64,000 bases of DNA from an uncultured bacterium (GTDB taxonomy: Bacteria; Bacillota; Clostridia; Oscillospirales; Ruminococcaceae): assembly GCA_905214345.1 (NCBI GenBank), contig CAJMLV010000004.1, positions 28,168 through 92,167 of the forward strand, given 5' to 3'. The translations under genes were made by a program, and so were the position numbers. Of the stretch, positions 41,789 through 50,718 are shown one piece after another (the stretch's first letter is position 1; the number at the start of each line of letters is the position of its first letter). The notes beneath the pieces were generated by a model, which was not told the DNA's origin, ran no database searches, and saw nothing but the letters and a program-made list of their open reading frames with translations.

Positions 41789-43000
41789 GTGACCCGTTGG
41801 CTCATCCGCCTCTTTATCAAAGACAGCGAAGATACTTCCAAACCCGCCGTACGCGCGGCGTACGGCAACCTGGCCTGCGTGGCAGGCATTCTGTGCAACC
41901 TGCTTCTGTTCGCAGGCAAATTCACCGTCGGTACCTTGTTCGGTAGTGTGGCCATTGCTGCCGACGGTATGAACAACCTTTCCGACGCCGGTTCCAGTGT
42001 GGTCAGCCTGATCGGCTTCCGTCTGGGCGCCCGCCCGGCGGATGACAAACATCCCTTCGGCCATGCCCGGTACGAGTACCTGGCCGGTCTGGCGGTGTCG
42101 GTGATGATCATGGTCATCGGCGTGGAACTGCTCAAGGAAAGCGTGGCCAAACTTATCCATCCCACTGCGGTGGAATTCGGCCTGCTTACCGGTGCGGTGC
42201 TGGTGGCGTCCATCCTGCTCAAGGTGTGGATCTCTCTGTTCAACCGCCGCATCGGCAACCTCATCGGTTCCGAAACCCTCATCGCAACCGCTGCCGATGC
42301 CCGCAACGACGTGGTGTCTACCTCGGCGGTTCTGGTGGCCAGCCTGGCGGCATCCCTCACCGGCATCGATCGTCTGGACGGCCTGGCCGGTCTGGCGGTG
42401 GCGGTTTTCATCCTGTACAGCGGCTTTGGCCTGGTGCGGGATACCCTGGACCCCATCCTGGGCGCTGCGCCCGACCCGGCCCTGATCCGCCACATTGAAG
42501 AAAAGGTCATGACCTATCCCGGTGTGTTGGGAATCCATGACCTGATGCTTCATGACTACGGCCCCGGCAACCGGCTGGTCAGCTTCCATGTGGAGATGTC
42601 CGCCGCCGCCGATGTGCTGGAAAGCCACGATGTCATCGATAACATCGAGCGTGATCTGGCCAAGGAGGACGGCCTGACCGCCACCATCCATTATGACCCG
42701 GTGGTGCTGGATGATCCCCATGCCAATGAGCTGCGGGCTTTTGTCAAGGAGACCGCGGCCCGGCTGGAGCCCGCCGCCGCCATCCATGACCTGCGCATCG
42801 TGCCCGGCAACAGCCACACCAACGTGGTGTTCGACTGTGCCGTGCCGCCGGAATACCTCTCCGCCCGGGATCATCGCGGCACCAAGCTGACCATCGCTCT
42901 GCGGGATGCTGTCCGCGAACGCTGGCCCGACCACTTCTGCGTGATTCGGCTGGAATCCAACTACGGCGCAGCCCAGCTGGACCAGCCCGCTGCCGACTGA
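41789..43000 (+). CDS. Cation diffusion facilitator family transporter
   Basis: Six TM helices with HxxxD metal-site motifs and a cytoplasmic C-terminal domain. GTG start with RBS GGGGAG. The ORF-track upstream extension is rejected. Confidence 0.7.
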   Translation: MTRWLIRLFIKDSEDTSKPAVRAAYGNLACVAGILCNLLLFAGKFTVGTLFGSVAIAADGMNNLSDAGSSVVSLIGFRLGARPADDKHPFGHARYEYLAGLAVSVMIMVIGVELLKESVAKLIHPTAVEFGLLTGAVLVASILLKVWISLFNRRIGNLIGSETLIATAADARNDVVSTSAVLVASLAASLTGIDRLDGLAGLAVAVFILYSGFGLVRDTLDPILGAAPDPALIRHIEEKVMTYPGVLGIHDLMLHDYGPGNRLVSFHVEMSAAADVLESHDVIDNIERDLAKEDGLTATIHYDPVVLDDPHANELRAFVKETAARLEPAAAIHDLRIVPGNSHTNVVFDCAVPPEYLSARDHRGTKLTIALRDAVRERWPDHFCVIRLESNYGAAQLDQPAAD

Positions 43001-43054
43001 CCCGTGCCCTGCCAGACGGCAGGCACCAAAGCTGAACAGAAAGGATGTTTCCCC

Positions 43055-44230
43055 ATGGATTACAATGCCGCTGCCCTTGCCATGCACAAAGCCAACCGTG
43101 GCAAACTGACCGTCAACAGCCTGGTGGAAGTTCGGGACAAGGATGCCCTGTCCACCGCCTATACCCCCGGCGTGGCAGAACCCTGCCGCAAGATCAAGGA
43201 AAACCCAGACAACGTCTACACCTATACCCTCAAGGGCCGCACGGTGGCGGTGGTCACCAACGGCACCGCGGTGCTGGGCCTGGGCAACATCGGCCCCGAA
43301 GCCGGCCTGCCTGTCATGGAGGGCAAGTGTGTCCTGTTCAAGGAATTCGGCGGTGTGGATGCGTTCCCCATCTGCCTGAACGCCAAGACCAAAGAAGAAG
43401 TGGTGGCAACTGTCAAGGCCATCGCTCCTACTTTCGGCGGCATCAATCTGGAGGACATCCGCAGCCCCGAATGTTTTGAGATCGAAGCCGAGCTGGAACG
43501 GGATCTGGACATTCCCGTGTTCCATGACGACCAGCACGGCACCGCCATCATCGTGCTGGCAGGTGTGCTCAACGCCCTGAAGGTGGTGGGCAAGCGCATC
43601 GAAGACATCCGCATCGTCCAGAATGGCCCCGGTGCTGCCGGTACTGCCATCATCAAGATGCTGCAGACCGCAGGCGCCAAGGACATCATCGCCGTGGATG
43701 AACACGGCATCCTGGTGCCCGGCCGTCCTGCCGGGTTCGAGGGCCACAAGGCAGCCCTGGCCGAATCCACCAACCCCCGCCGTGTTACCGGCGGTCTGGC
43801 CGAGGCCATCCGCGGCGCCGACCTCTTCATCGGCACCTCCATTGCAGGCGCACTTACCCCCGAACTGGCCGCCACCATGGCTCCGGATGCCATCGTTTTT
43901 GCTATGGCAAACCCCACCCCTGAGATCATGCCCGACGCCGCCAAGGCAGCCGGTGTGCGCATCATCGGCACCGGCCGCAGCGACTTCCCCAACCAGGTCA
44001 ACAACGTGCTGGCCTTCCCCGGCATCTTCAAGGGCGCGTTGTCTGTCCGCGCTCGGGACATCAATGCCGATATGAAGCTGGCCGCCGCCAAGGCTATTGC
44101 CGACCTCATTCCGGATGAGGAACTGAACGAAGAGAACATCCTGCCCAAAGCCTTTGATCCCCGTGTGGCACAGGCTGTGGCCGACGCTGTGGCGAAAGCC
44201 GCACGGGAAAGCGGCGTGGCCCGGGCATGA
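43055..44230 (+). CDS. NAD(P)-dependent malic enzyme (short type)
   Basis: Malic enzyme N-terminal and NAD-binding domains (GNIGPEAGLPVMEGK). Confidence 0.85.
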   Translation: MDYNAAALAMHKANRGKLTVNSLVEVRDKDALSTAYTPGVAEPCRKIKENPDNVYTYTLKGRTVAVVTNGTAVLGLGNIGPEAGLPVMEGKCVLFKEFGGVDAFPICLNAKTKEEVVATVKAIAPTFGGINLEDIRSPECFEIEAELERDLDIPVFHDDQHGTAIIVLAGVLNALKVVGKRIEDIRIVQNGPGAAGTAIIKMLQTAGAKDIIAVDEHGILVPGRPAGFEGHKAALAESTNPRRVTGGLAEAIRGADLFIGTSIAGALTPELAATMAPDAIVFAMANPTPEIMPDAAKAAGVRIIGTGRSDFPNQVNNVLAFPGIFKGALSVRARDINADMKLAAAKAIADLIPDEELNEENILPKAFDPRVAQAVADAVAKAARESGVARA

Positions 44231-45075
44231 AGATTCGCGAAATAGAAGCCGCCGCCATCACCGAAGCGGTGGAACGGCTGTGCATCCAGGCCAACCTTTG
44301 CCTGCCCCAGGACATCCGCGCCGCCGAGGAAGCGGCCATCGCGGCGGAACCCTGGCCTCTGGCCCGCAACACCCTGGAACTGCTGCGCTCCAATCTGGAT
44401 GCTGCCGCCGAAAAGGAACTGCCCATCTGCCAGGACACCGGCATGGCCTGTGTGTTTGTGGAGCTGGGCCAGGATGCCCACATCACCGGCGGCACCCTGC
44501 AGGATGCGGTGGATGAAGGTGTGCGCCGCGGCTACACAAAGGGTTACCTGCGCAAAAGCATCACCGGCGACCCGCTCAACCGCCGGAACACCGAGGACAA
44601 CACCCCGGCATTTCTGACCGTGGACCTGGTTCCCGGGGACGGTTGCCGCATCACGGTGGCGCCCAAGGGCGCCGGCAGCGAGAACATGAGCCGCCTGGCC
44701 ATGCTCAAGCCTGCCGACGGTGTGCAGGGCGTCAAGGACTTTGTGCTGGAAACTGTCCGCATGGCCGGTTCCAATCCCTGCCCGCCCATCATCCTGGGCG
44801 TGGGTGTGGGCGGCAGCTTCGACAAGTGCGCCCTGCTGGCCAAACATGCGCTGCTGCGCCCGCTGGATCGCCCCAACCCCGACCCTTATTATGCAGCGCT
44901 GGAAAAGGAGCTCTGCGATGCCATCAACGCTCTGGGCATCGGCCCCCAGGGCTTCGGCGGTGCCACCACCTGCCTGGGTGTTGCCATTGAACAGGCGCCC
45001 ACCCATGTGGCTTGCCTGCCGGTGGCGGTGAACATCGGCTGCCACGTTACCCGCCGGGCCACGGCGGAACTGTGA
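44227..45075 (+). CDS. fumA: Class I fumarate hydratase / Fe-S hydro-lyase alpha subunit
   Basis: Fumarate_lyase_N-type Fe-S hydro-lyase family (CQDTGMA ... GGSF). Start overlaps the malic enzyme stop. Confidence 0.8.
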   Translation: MKIREIEAAAITEAVERLCIQANLCLPQDIRAAEEAAIAAEPWPLARNTLELLRSNLDAAAEKELPICQDTGMACVFVELGQDAHITGGTLQDAVDEGVRRGYTKGYLRKSITGDPLNRRNTEDNTPAFLTVDLVPGDGCRITVAPKGAGSENMSRLAMLKPADGVQGVKDFVLETVRMAGSNPCPPIILGVGVGGSFDKCALLAKHALLRPLDRPNPDPYYAALEKELCDAINALGIGPQGFGGATTCLGVAIEQAPTHVACLPVAVNIGCHVTRRATAEL

Positions 45076-45101
45076 ACCAAAACAGGAAGTGAGGAAGAAG
45101 T

Positions 45102-45302
45102 ATGCCCGCCAAACGTCGACCGGAAATTGATATCTCCCTGGAAGGGGTAGGCCGCCGGGAAACTCGATCTTCAACCATCGACATTCCGCTGTCCTCGCCC
45201 CGCGGGTCGGGCGGTATTCTGGACCCCAAACTGGAGGATATGGTCAACCGTCATCATCAGGAAATCAAGGAACTGCACCGCCGCGCGCGGCAGGGGAGGT
45301 AA
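45102..45302 (+). CDS. Small basic hypothetical protein (66 aa) between fumarase subunit genes
   Basis: RBS GAGGAAG. Third-position GC of about 68% is typical of coding DNA here. No recognisable family. Confidence 0.35.
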   Translation: MPAKRRPEIDISLEGVGRRETRSSTIDIPLSSPRGSGGILDPKLEDMVNRHHQEIKELHRRARQGR

Positions 45303-45307
45303 ACGCC

Positions 45308-45871
45308 ATGCAGTATGAACTTCACACGCCCCTCACCCGGGAATCTCTGGCGCAGCTGAAAGCAGGGGATACGGTGCTGCTTTCCGGTACGGTCTACACC
45401 GCGCGGGATGCGGCCCACGGCCGTATGATGGAACTGCTGGATGAAGGCAAGGCGCTGCCCTTTGATATTCAGGGCGCCGCTGTTTACTATGTAGGCCCCA
45501 CCCCCGAACGTCCGGGGCAGGTCATCGGCGCCGCAGGTCCCACCACTGCGGGACGGATGGATAAATTCACTCCCCGGCTGCTGGACCTGGGCCTTGCCTG
45601 CATGATCGGCAAAGGCAAACGGGACGCCGCTGTGAAAGAATCAGTGGTCAAAAACGGTGCGGTTTACCTGGCCGCGCTGGGGGGAGCCGGTGCCTTGATG
45701 GCTGCCAGCATCCAGAGCTGTGAGGTCATCGCCTGGCCTGATCTGGGCTGCGAAGCCGTCCGCCGTCTGACCGTGAAGGAGATGCCCCTGACTGTTCTGC
45801 TGGATGCCCACGGTGGGGACCTGTACGAAAGCGGTCCCGCCGCCTACCTGCAAAGCCGCTCTGCCGATTGA
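45308..45871 (+). CDS. fumB: Class I fumarate hydratase beta subunit
   Basis: Fe-S hydro-lyase beta family (GTVYTARDAAH ... CMIGKGKR). Confidence 0.8.
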   Translation: MQYELHTPLTRESLAQLKAGDTVLLSGTVYTARDAAHGRMMELLDEGKALPFDIQGAAVYYVGPTPERPGQVIGAAGPTTAGRMDKFTPRLLDLGLACMIGKGKRDAAVKESVVKNGAVYLAALGGAGALMAASIQSCEVIAWPDLGCEAVRRLTVKEMPLTVLLDAHGGDLYESGPAAYLQSRSAD

Positions 45872-45907
45872 CAAAACGCCCGCCGCTTGGTACACTGTTG
45901 TGTATTG

Positions 45908-45991
45908 AGCGGATATGGCGGAACTGGCAGACGCGCTGGTTTTAGGGTCCAGTGTCCATGACGTGCAGGTTCGATTCCTGTTATCCGCACC
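45908..45991 (+). tRNA. tRNA-Leu (anticodon UAG)
   Basis: 84 nt with a long variable arm and GGTTCGATTCC T-loop. Anticodon loop TTTAGGG. Encoded CCA. Confidence 0.85.
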
Positions 45992-46031
45992 AATCGCCGC
46001 AGGCAAGTATCCGCCTGCGGCGATTTTTTTG
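45992..46031 (+). terminator. tRNA-Leu terminator
   Basis: ATCGCCGCAGGC-aagtatc-GCCTGCGGCGAT followed by TTTTTTT. Confidence 0.85.
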
Positions 46032-46279
46032 CTCGCTTCATCGGCGGACAATGCCCGTTTTTTCTGTATCGGCCAACAAGCGGAATGTTGCTCATGATTT
46101 TCTAATGATCAGCAAAAAACGTTTCTTTTCTGCCTGCCGATCGCTCTTCTCTTTTCGGAGCGTTTCTGAAAAGAAGGAGGGCGCTTTTTGTTTGTGAGAA
46201 GGGGAAAGGCAAAATGATGAAACCCTCGTGCGGCATCGCTCTGCCAGCGTCGGTATTTTGCCAAGTGGGAAAGTTAGCC

Positions 46280-46309
46280 TTGACTACTGTCCGATGAAAT
46301 CACTATAAT
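46280..46309 (+). promoter_or_regulatory. perR sigma-70 promoter
   Basis: TTGACT, 18-nt spacer, TATAAT. Confidence 0.6.
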
Positions 46310-46313
46310 GATT

Positions 46314-46328
46314 TTAGAATGATTCTAA
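46314..46328. promoter_or_regulatory. Per box (PerR/Fur-type 7-1-7 operator)
   Basis: Perfect palindrome TTAGAATGATTCTAA, 5 nt downstream of the -10. Confidence 0.7.
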
Positions 46329-46347
46329 AAATGGTGCTGATGAGAAA

Positions 46348-46725
46348 ATGACCAAATACGCAAAAAAGATATGGGAAATCGTGGAATCATCCTACAGTCA
46401 TATGACAGCGGAGCAGATTTTTGAGGAGCTGCGCAAGACATACCCCAAGGTGGTGCTGGCTACGGTGTACAACAACCTGAACCGCCTGTGGGAGGAGGAT
46501 AAGATCCGCAAAATATCGGTGGAGGGGATGCCCGACCGATACGACCGGACCCGGCGGCACGACCATCTGGTATGCAAAAAGTGCGGCAGATTGCTGGATG
46601 TGGACCTGGGCGACCTGACGGCCCAGCTGACGGGGAAAGCAGGCGTTCCCATCCTGTCCTATGACCTGAAACTGTTGTATGTGTGCGAGGAATGCAGAAA
46701 ACAATCCCAACAGAAAGGAATGTGA
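46348..46725 (+). CDS. perR: Fur family peroxide-responsive repressor (PerR-like)
   Basis: 125 aa Fur fold with two CxxC pairs (CKKCG ... CEEC). Confidence 0.8.
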   Translation: MTKYAKKIWEIVESSYSHMTAEQIFEELRKTYPKVVLATVYNNLNRLWEEDKIRKISVEGMPDRYDRTRRHDHLVCKKCGRLLDVDLGDLTAQLTGKAGVPILSYDLKLLYVCEECRKQSQQKGM

Positions 46726-48782
46726 TGAATCTGAAACATCTGCCCTTATCGGTTCGCGTCCCCATTGAGGAAAATAACCCCAGCATTGTCCGTTGGGAAG
46801 AAAAGTGCATCCGGTGCGGCCTTTGCAAAGAAGTCTGTACCAATCTCATGGGGGTGCACGGCACCTATACCCTGGAAGAAACCGGCGGCAAGGCGGTCTG
46901 TATCTACTGCGGCCAGTGCGCCAATGTCTGCCCTGTGGACAGCATCACCGAGCGGGACGAATGTCCCCAGGTACGGCAGGCGGTGGCCGACCCGGATAAG
47001 GTGGTGGTCGTCAGTACTTCGCCCTCGGTGCGTGCGGCCCTGGGGGAAGAGTTCGGCATGGAACCCGGCGCGTTTGTGGAGGGCAAAATGGTGGCATTGC
47101 TCCGTGCCCTGGGTGCGGATTATGTGCTGGACACCAATTTTGCCGCCGACCTGACCATCGTGGAGGAAGCCAGCGAGCTCATCCGCCGCATCAAGGAACA
47201 GGACAAGCCCTTGCCGCAATTCACCAGCTGCTGCCCCGGCTGGGTGCACTTTGCGGAGATCTACGCCCCGGAACTGCTGCCTCATCTTTCCACTGCAAAA
47301 AGTCCCATCGGTATGCAGGGCCCAACGGTCAAAACCTACTTTGCCAAACAGATGGGCATTGACCCCGAAAAGATCGTTCATGTGGCCCTCACACCATGTA
47401 CTGCCAAAAAGTTTGAGATCCGGCGGGAGGAAATGCACGCCGCTGGTGACTATCACGGAGTGGCGGGCATGCGGGACACCGACCAGGTCATCACCACCCG
47501 GGAACTGGCCCGGTGGGCCAAGGAAGCGGGCGTTGACTGGAACACTCTGGAAGATTCGGCCTACGATTCCCTCATGGGCAAGGCGTCCGGCGCCGGTGTC
47601 ATCTTCGGCAACACCGGCGGCGTGATGGAAGCTGCTCTGCGCACCGCATACTCTTACCTGACCGGGCGGGAAGCGCCGGAAGCGTTGCTGCAGCTGAACC
47701 CCGTCCGCGGTTATGAAGGCGTGCGGGAAGCGGCGGTAGACATCAACGGACTGACTTTGCAGGTGGCGGTGGTGTACGGCACCGCCAACGCCCGGACTTT
47801 CCTTGCCCGGATGAAAGAAACCGGCAAGCAGTACCACTTTGTGGAAGTGATGGCGTGCCCCGGCGGCTGCATTGGCGGCGGGGGACAGCCCAAAGATCCC
47901 ATGAAGGATGCCGACGAAGTCCGCAAGAGCCGCATTGCGGCGCTCTACCGCAGGGACGAAGGAATGACCCTGCGTACCAGCCACGAAAACCCCGAAATCA
48001 AGGCAGTGTACGAAGCGTTCTACGGTCAGCCTCTCAGTGAGATGGCGGAGAAAATGCTCCACACCACCTATCAGGATTGCAGCAACATCATACAGAGAAA
48101 GGATGACAAAACAATGAGCAAATGGAAATGCAAGATCTGCGGTTATATCTATGAGGGCGAGACCCTGCCCGAAAACTTCACCTGCCCCATCTGCCGGCAG
48201 CCTGCTTCCGCTTTTGAGAAGATCGAGGAAGCGCCTGTTCAGGGCAGCGGCAAATATGCCGGTACCCAGACCGAAAAGAATCTGCAGGCCGCTTTTGCCG
48301 GGGAGTCCCAGGCACGCAACAAGTACACCTATTTTTCCGATGTGGCAAAACGCGAAGGCTATGAGCAGATCGCGGCCCTCTTCCTGCAGACGGCGGAAAA
48401 CGAAAAGGCCCATGCAAGACTCTGGTTTGAGGAACTGAACGGCGTGGGTGACACGGCCAAGAACCTGCTGCATGCCGCAGAGGGGGAAAACTACGAGTGG
48501 ACCGACATGTACGACGGTTTTGCCAAGACTGCCGAGGAAGAAGGCTTCCCGGAACTGGCGGCCAAGTTCCGTCTGGTGGCTGCTATCGAAAAGCGTCACG
48601 AGGAGCGTTACCGTGCCCTGCTGCGCAATGTGGAGACCGCGCAGGTCTTTGAAAAGAGCGAAGTCAAGGTGTGGGAATGCCGCAACTGCGGCCACATCGT
48701 GGCGGGCACCGCCGCTCCCGAAGTGTGCCCCACCTGCAATTACAGCAAGAGCTTCTTTGAAATCTCCAGCGACAATTATTAA
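46725..48782 (+). CDS. [FeFe]-hydrogenase fused to C-terminal rubredoxin and rubrerythrin domains
   Basis: Two N-terminal 4Fe-4S motifs. H-cluster motifs [15 protein letters not shown] and [15 protein letters not shown] rubredoxin domain (CKICGY...CPICRQP). A ferritin-like diiron rubrerythrin with a C-terminal CRNCGH...CPTCNY. The ATG overlaps the perR stop (TGATG). Confidence 0.85.
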   Translation: MNLKHLPLSVRVPIEENNPSIVRWEEKCIRCGLCKEVCTNLMGVHGTYTLEETGGKAVCIYCGQCANVCPVDSITERDECPQVRQAVADPDKVVVVSTSPSVRAALGEEFGMEPGAFVEGKMVALLRALGADYVLDTNFAADLTIVEEASELIRRIKEQDKPLPQFTSCCPGWVHFAEIYAPELLPHLSTAKSPIGMQGPTVKTYFAKQMGIDPEKIVHVALTPCTAKKFEIRREEMHAAGDYHGVAGMRDTDQVITTRELARWAKEAGVDWNTLEDSAYDSLMGKASGAGVIFGNTGGVMEAALRTAYSYLTGREAPEALLQLNPVRGYEGVREAAVDINGLTLQVAVVYGTANARTFLARMKETGKQYHFVEVMACPGGCIGGGGQPKDPMKDADEVRKSRIAALYRRDEGMTLRTSHENPEIKAVYEAFYGQPLSEMAEKMLHTTYQDCSNIIQRKDDKTMSKWKCKICGYIYEGETLPENFTCPICRQPASAFEKIEEAPVQGSGKYAGTQTEKNLQAAFAGESQARNKYTYFSDVAKREGYEQIAALFLQTAENEKAHARLWFEELNGVGDTAKNLLHAAEGENYEWTDMYDGFAKTAEEEGFPELAAKFRLVAAIEKRHEERYRALLRNVETAQVFEKSEVKVWECRNCGHIVAGTAAPEVCPTCNYSKSFFEISSDNY

Positions 48783-48821
48783 GGATAGGGCAGGCCATGG
48801 CCTGAAAACCTCCGTATAACA

Positions 48822-48871
48822 AGCCGAGAGGCGGCAGACTTTGCGTCTGCCGCCTCTCGGCTGTTGTTTTT
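48822..48871. terminator. Bidirectional terminator
   Basis: Perfect 18-bp stem AGCCGAGAGGCGGCAGAC-tttgc-GTCTGCCGCCTCTCGGCT followed by a T-run. Confidence 0.85.
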
Positions 48872-48883
48872 GAATCGGGTTGC

Positions 48884-50236
48884 TTATTCCGGCAATAACC
48901 GGGTACGGCGGCAGAAATAATATACCGCACCAACAATATCGGCCAGAGCCCAGCCGATGGGTACCGAAATCCAGATGCCCCACACGCCCACCACGGGAGC
49001 GAGGGCATAGGCCAGGGCCACGCGGGTGCCCAGAGAACAGACCGTCAGCACCACCGACATGGCGGGACGGCGCACCGCACGGTAGAACCCGTACAGCAGG
49101 AACAGGATGCCGATGCCGCAGTAGCAGGCACCTTCGATCCAGAGATACTGCACACCAACGGCGGTGATTTCGGCCACGGCTGGGTCGGTGGGGTCCACGA
49201 AAATCCCCATCAGCGGCGCAGCAAACAGGCAGACTACCGCACTCACCGCCAGGCAGAACACCACGGCGCAGATCACCGCACTGCGGGTGCCCTTGCGGAT
49301 GCGCTCTTTGCTGTGGGCACCGTAGTTCTGGGCGATGAAGGTAGAAAAAGCATTGCCGAAATCCTGCACCGGCATATAAGCGAAAGAGTCGATCTTGACG
49401 GCAGCGGCAAAGGCGGCCATGACCACTTCGCCAAAGCTGTTCACCAGCCCCTGCACCATCAGAATGCCGAAATTCATGATGCTCTGCTGAATGCAGGTCA
49501 GCAGGGAAAAGGACACGATCTCGCTCAGCACCCGGCGGTCCCAGCGGCAATCGGCCTTGCCGGGCGCCAGAGTGGGCAGACAGAGCAGGGTATACACCGC
49601 AATGCCGATGCCCGAAACATACTGGGCAATGACAGTGGCAACGGCGGCACCGGCCACTCCCCAATGGAACAACAGCACAAAGGCCAGGTCCAGGACGATG
49701 TTCAGTACCGCCGAGACACCCAGAAACACCAGCGGCACCATGGAGTTGCCCACAGCCCGCAGCAGTGCCGCAAAGTAGTTGTACAAGAACACCGCCGGAA
49801 TACCGAAGAAGATGCACCACAGATAGGTGCGCATCAGCGGAACGATATTTTCGGGTACCTGCAGCAGCATCAGAATGGGGTCCAGCAGGGCAAACACTGC
49901 CAGATTCAGCACCACGGCCACCGCGGCGATAAATACGAAGGAATGGAAGATTCCGCTTTTCAGCCCGGCCTGGTCCCCCTCGCCCCAGCGGATGGAGAAC
50001 AGGGCGCCGCTGCCCATGCACAAGCCCAGCAGAATGGAGGTGAGGAATGTCATCAGGGTATATGCAGAACCCACCGCTGCCAGCGTGTCTGCACCCAGAA
50101 AGCGCCCCACGATGATGGTATCCGCCACATTGTACAGCTGCTGGAGCAGATTTCCTGCCATCATGGGCAGGGCAAAAAGAATCAGGCTTTTGGTGATGGG
50201 GCCTGTTGTCAGGGTACCTGTATGTGCGCTTGCCAT
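48884..50236 (-). CDS. MATE family efflux transporter
   Basis: 12 TM helices with the MATE N-terminal motif (LALPMMAGNLLQQLYNVADTIIVGR). ATG at 50236 with RBS AGGAGG. The ORF-track N-terminal extension runs through a tRNA and is rejected. Confidence 0.85.
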   Translation of the reverse strand: MASAHTGTLTTGPITKSLILFALPMMAGNLLQQLYNVADTIIVGRFLGADTLAAVGSAYTLMTFLTSILLGLCMGSGALFSIRWGEGDQAGLKSGIFHSFVFIAAVAVVLNLAVFALLDPILMLLQVPENIVPLMRTYLWCIFFGIPAVFLYNYFAALLRAVGNSMVPLVFLGVSAVLNIVLDLAFVLLFHWGVAGAAVATVIAQYVSGIGIAVYTLLCLPTLAPGKADCRWDRRVLSEIVSFSLLTCIQQSIMNFGILMVQGLVNSFGEVVMAAFAAAVKIDSFAYMPVQDFGNAFSTFIAQNYGAHSKERIRKGTRSAVICAVVFCLAVSAVVCLFAAPLMGIFVDPTDPAVAEITAVGVQYLWIEGACYCGIGILFLLYGFYRAVRRPAMSVVLTVCSLGTRVALAYALAPVVGVWGIWISVPIGWALADIVGAVYYFCRRTRLLPE

Positions 50237-50291
50237 GAAAAACCTCCTGGCGGGGCATTGCCCCGGAATCTGCAAGGATGACTGCAGTACC

Positions 50292-50326
50292 GCAAAAACA
50301 AAAGCCCCGGCACAGGGCCGGGGCTT
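50292..50326 (-). terminator. Terminator of minus-strand tRNA-Leu
   Basis: GCCCCGGC-cctgt-GCCGGGGC followed by TTTTGTTTTT on the minus strand. Confidence 0.75.
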
Positions 50327-50351
50327 TCTGACGGGCTGAGCCCGCAAAATT

Positions 50352-50435
50352 TGGTGCGGAAGATGGGACTTGAACCCACACGTCATGGACACACGCACCT
50401 CAAACGTGCCTGTCTGCCGATTCCAGCACTTCCGC
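50352..50435 (-). tRNA. tRNA-Leu (anticodon GAG)
   Basis: 84 nt with a long variable arm and GGTTCAAGTCC T-loop. Anticodon loop TTGAGGT. Encoded CCA. Confidence 0.85.
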
Positions 50436-50475
50436 ATATTCCAACACCGGAACACTCGCCGGCGCTGCAATGGCT

Positions 50476-50504
50476 ATTCTAGCATATCCTGTATGAAAAT
50501 GCAA
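50476..50504 (-). promoter_or_regulatory. Promoter of tRNA-Leu(GAG)
   Basis: TTGCAT, 17-nt spacer, TAGAAT on the minus strand, about 45 nt upstream of the tRNA 5' end. Confidence 0.5.
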
Positions 50505-50618
50505 GCATTTTTTTGCTTGTCATGGGGCGGCGCAGAAAAAGATTTGGACGTTTTGCCTCTTCCGTACGAAAAAAAAGCAAAGAAAGCGTGGGAAACCTAA
50601 GAAATGGCAAAGAAACAG

Positions 50619-50647
50619 TTGAATTTTATCGAAGGCTCTCGTATAAT
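50619..50647 (+). promoter_or_regulatory. trkAH promoter
   Basis: TTGAAT, 17-nt spacer, TATAAT. Confidence 0.6.
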
Positions 50648-50718
50648 GGGCCAAGATAGACTGGAAAATTGTGCGCGTATCGCAGACGATTCCGCGCAAA
50701 TGTGTGCAGAGGTGCTTT

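Noticed and set aside
45952-46197. 81-aa ORF overlapping the tRNA-Leu 3' half
   Set aside because: It overlaps a tRNA and its terminator and has no RBS. Spurious.
46746-50381. 1211-aa minus-strand ORF
   Set aside because: Shadow ORF opposite the hydrogenase fusion and the MATE gene. No domain-like sequence. It spans a tRNA and terminators.
50237-50470. N-terminal 78-codon extension of the MATE ORF
   Set aside because: The extension runs through the minus-strand tRNA-Leu and its terminator. The internal ATG at 50236 has an AGGAGG RBS and gives a normal MATE N-terminus.
50436-50718. c-di-AMP (ydaO/kimA-type) riboswitch upstream of trkA
   Set aside because: Potassium transporters often carry such a riboswitch. 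Here the promoter -10 is only about 65 nt from the start codon, and the region lacks the GC-rich pseudo-symmetric structure. Not supported.
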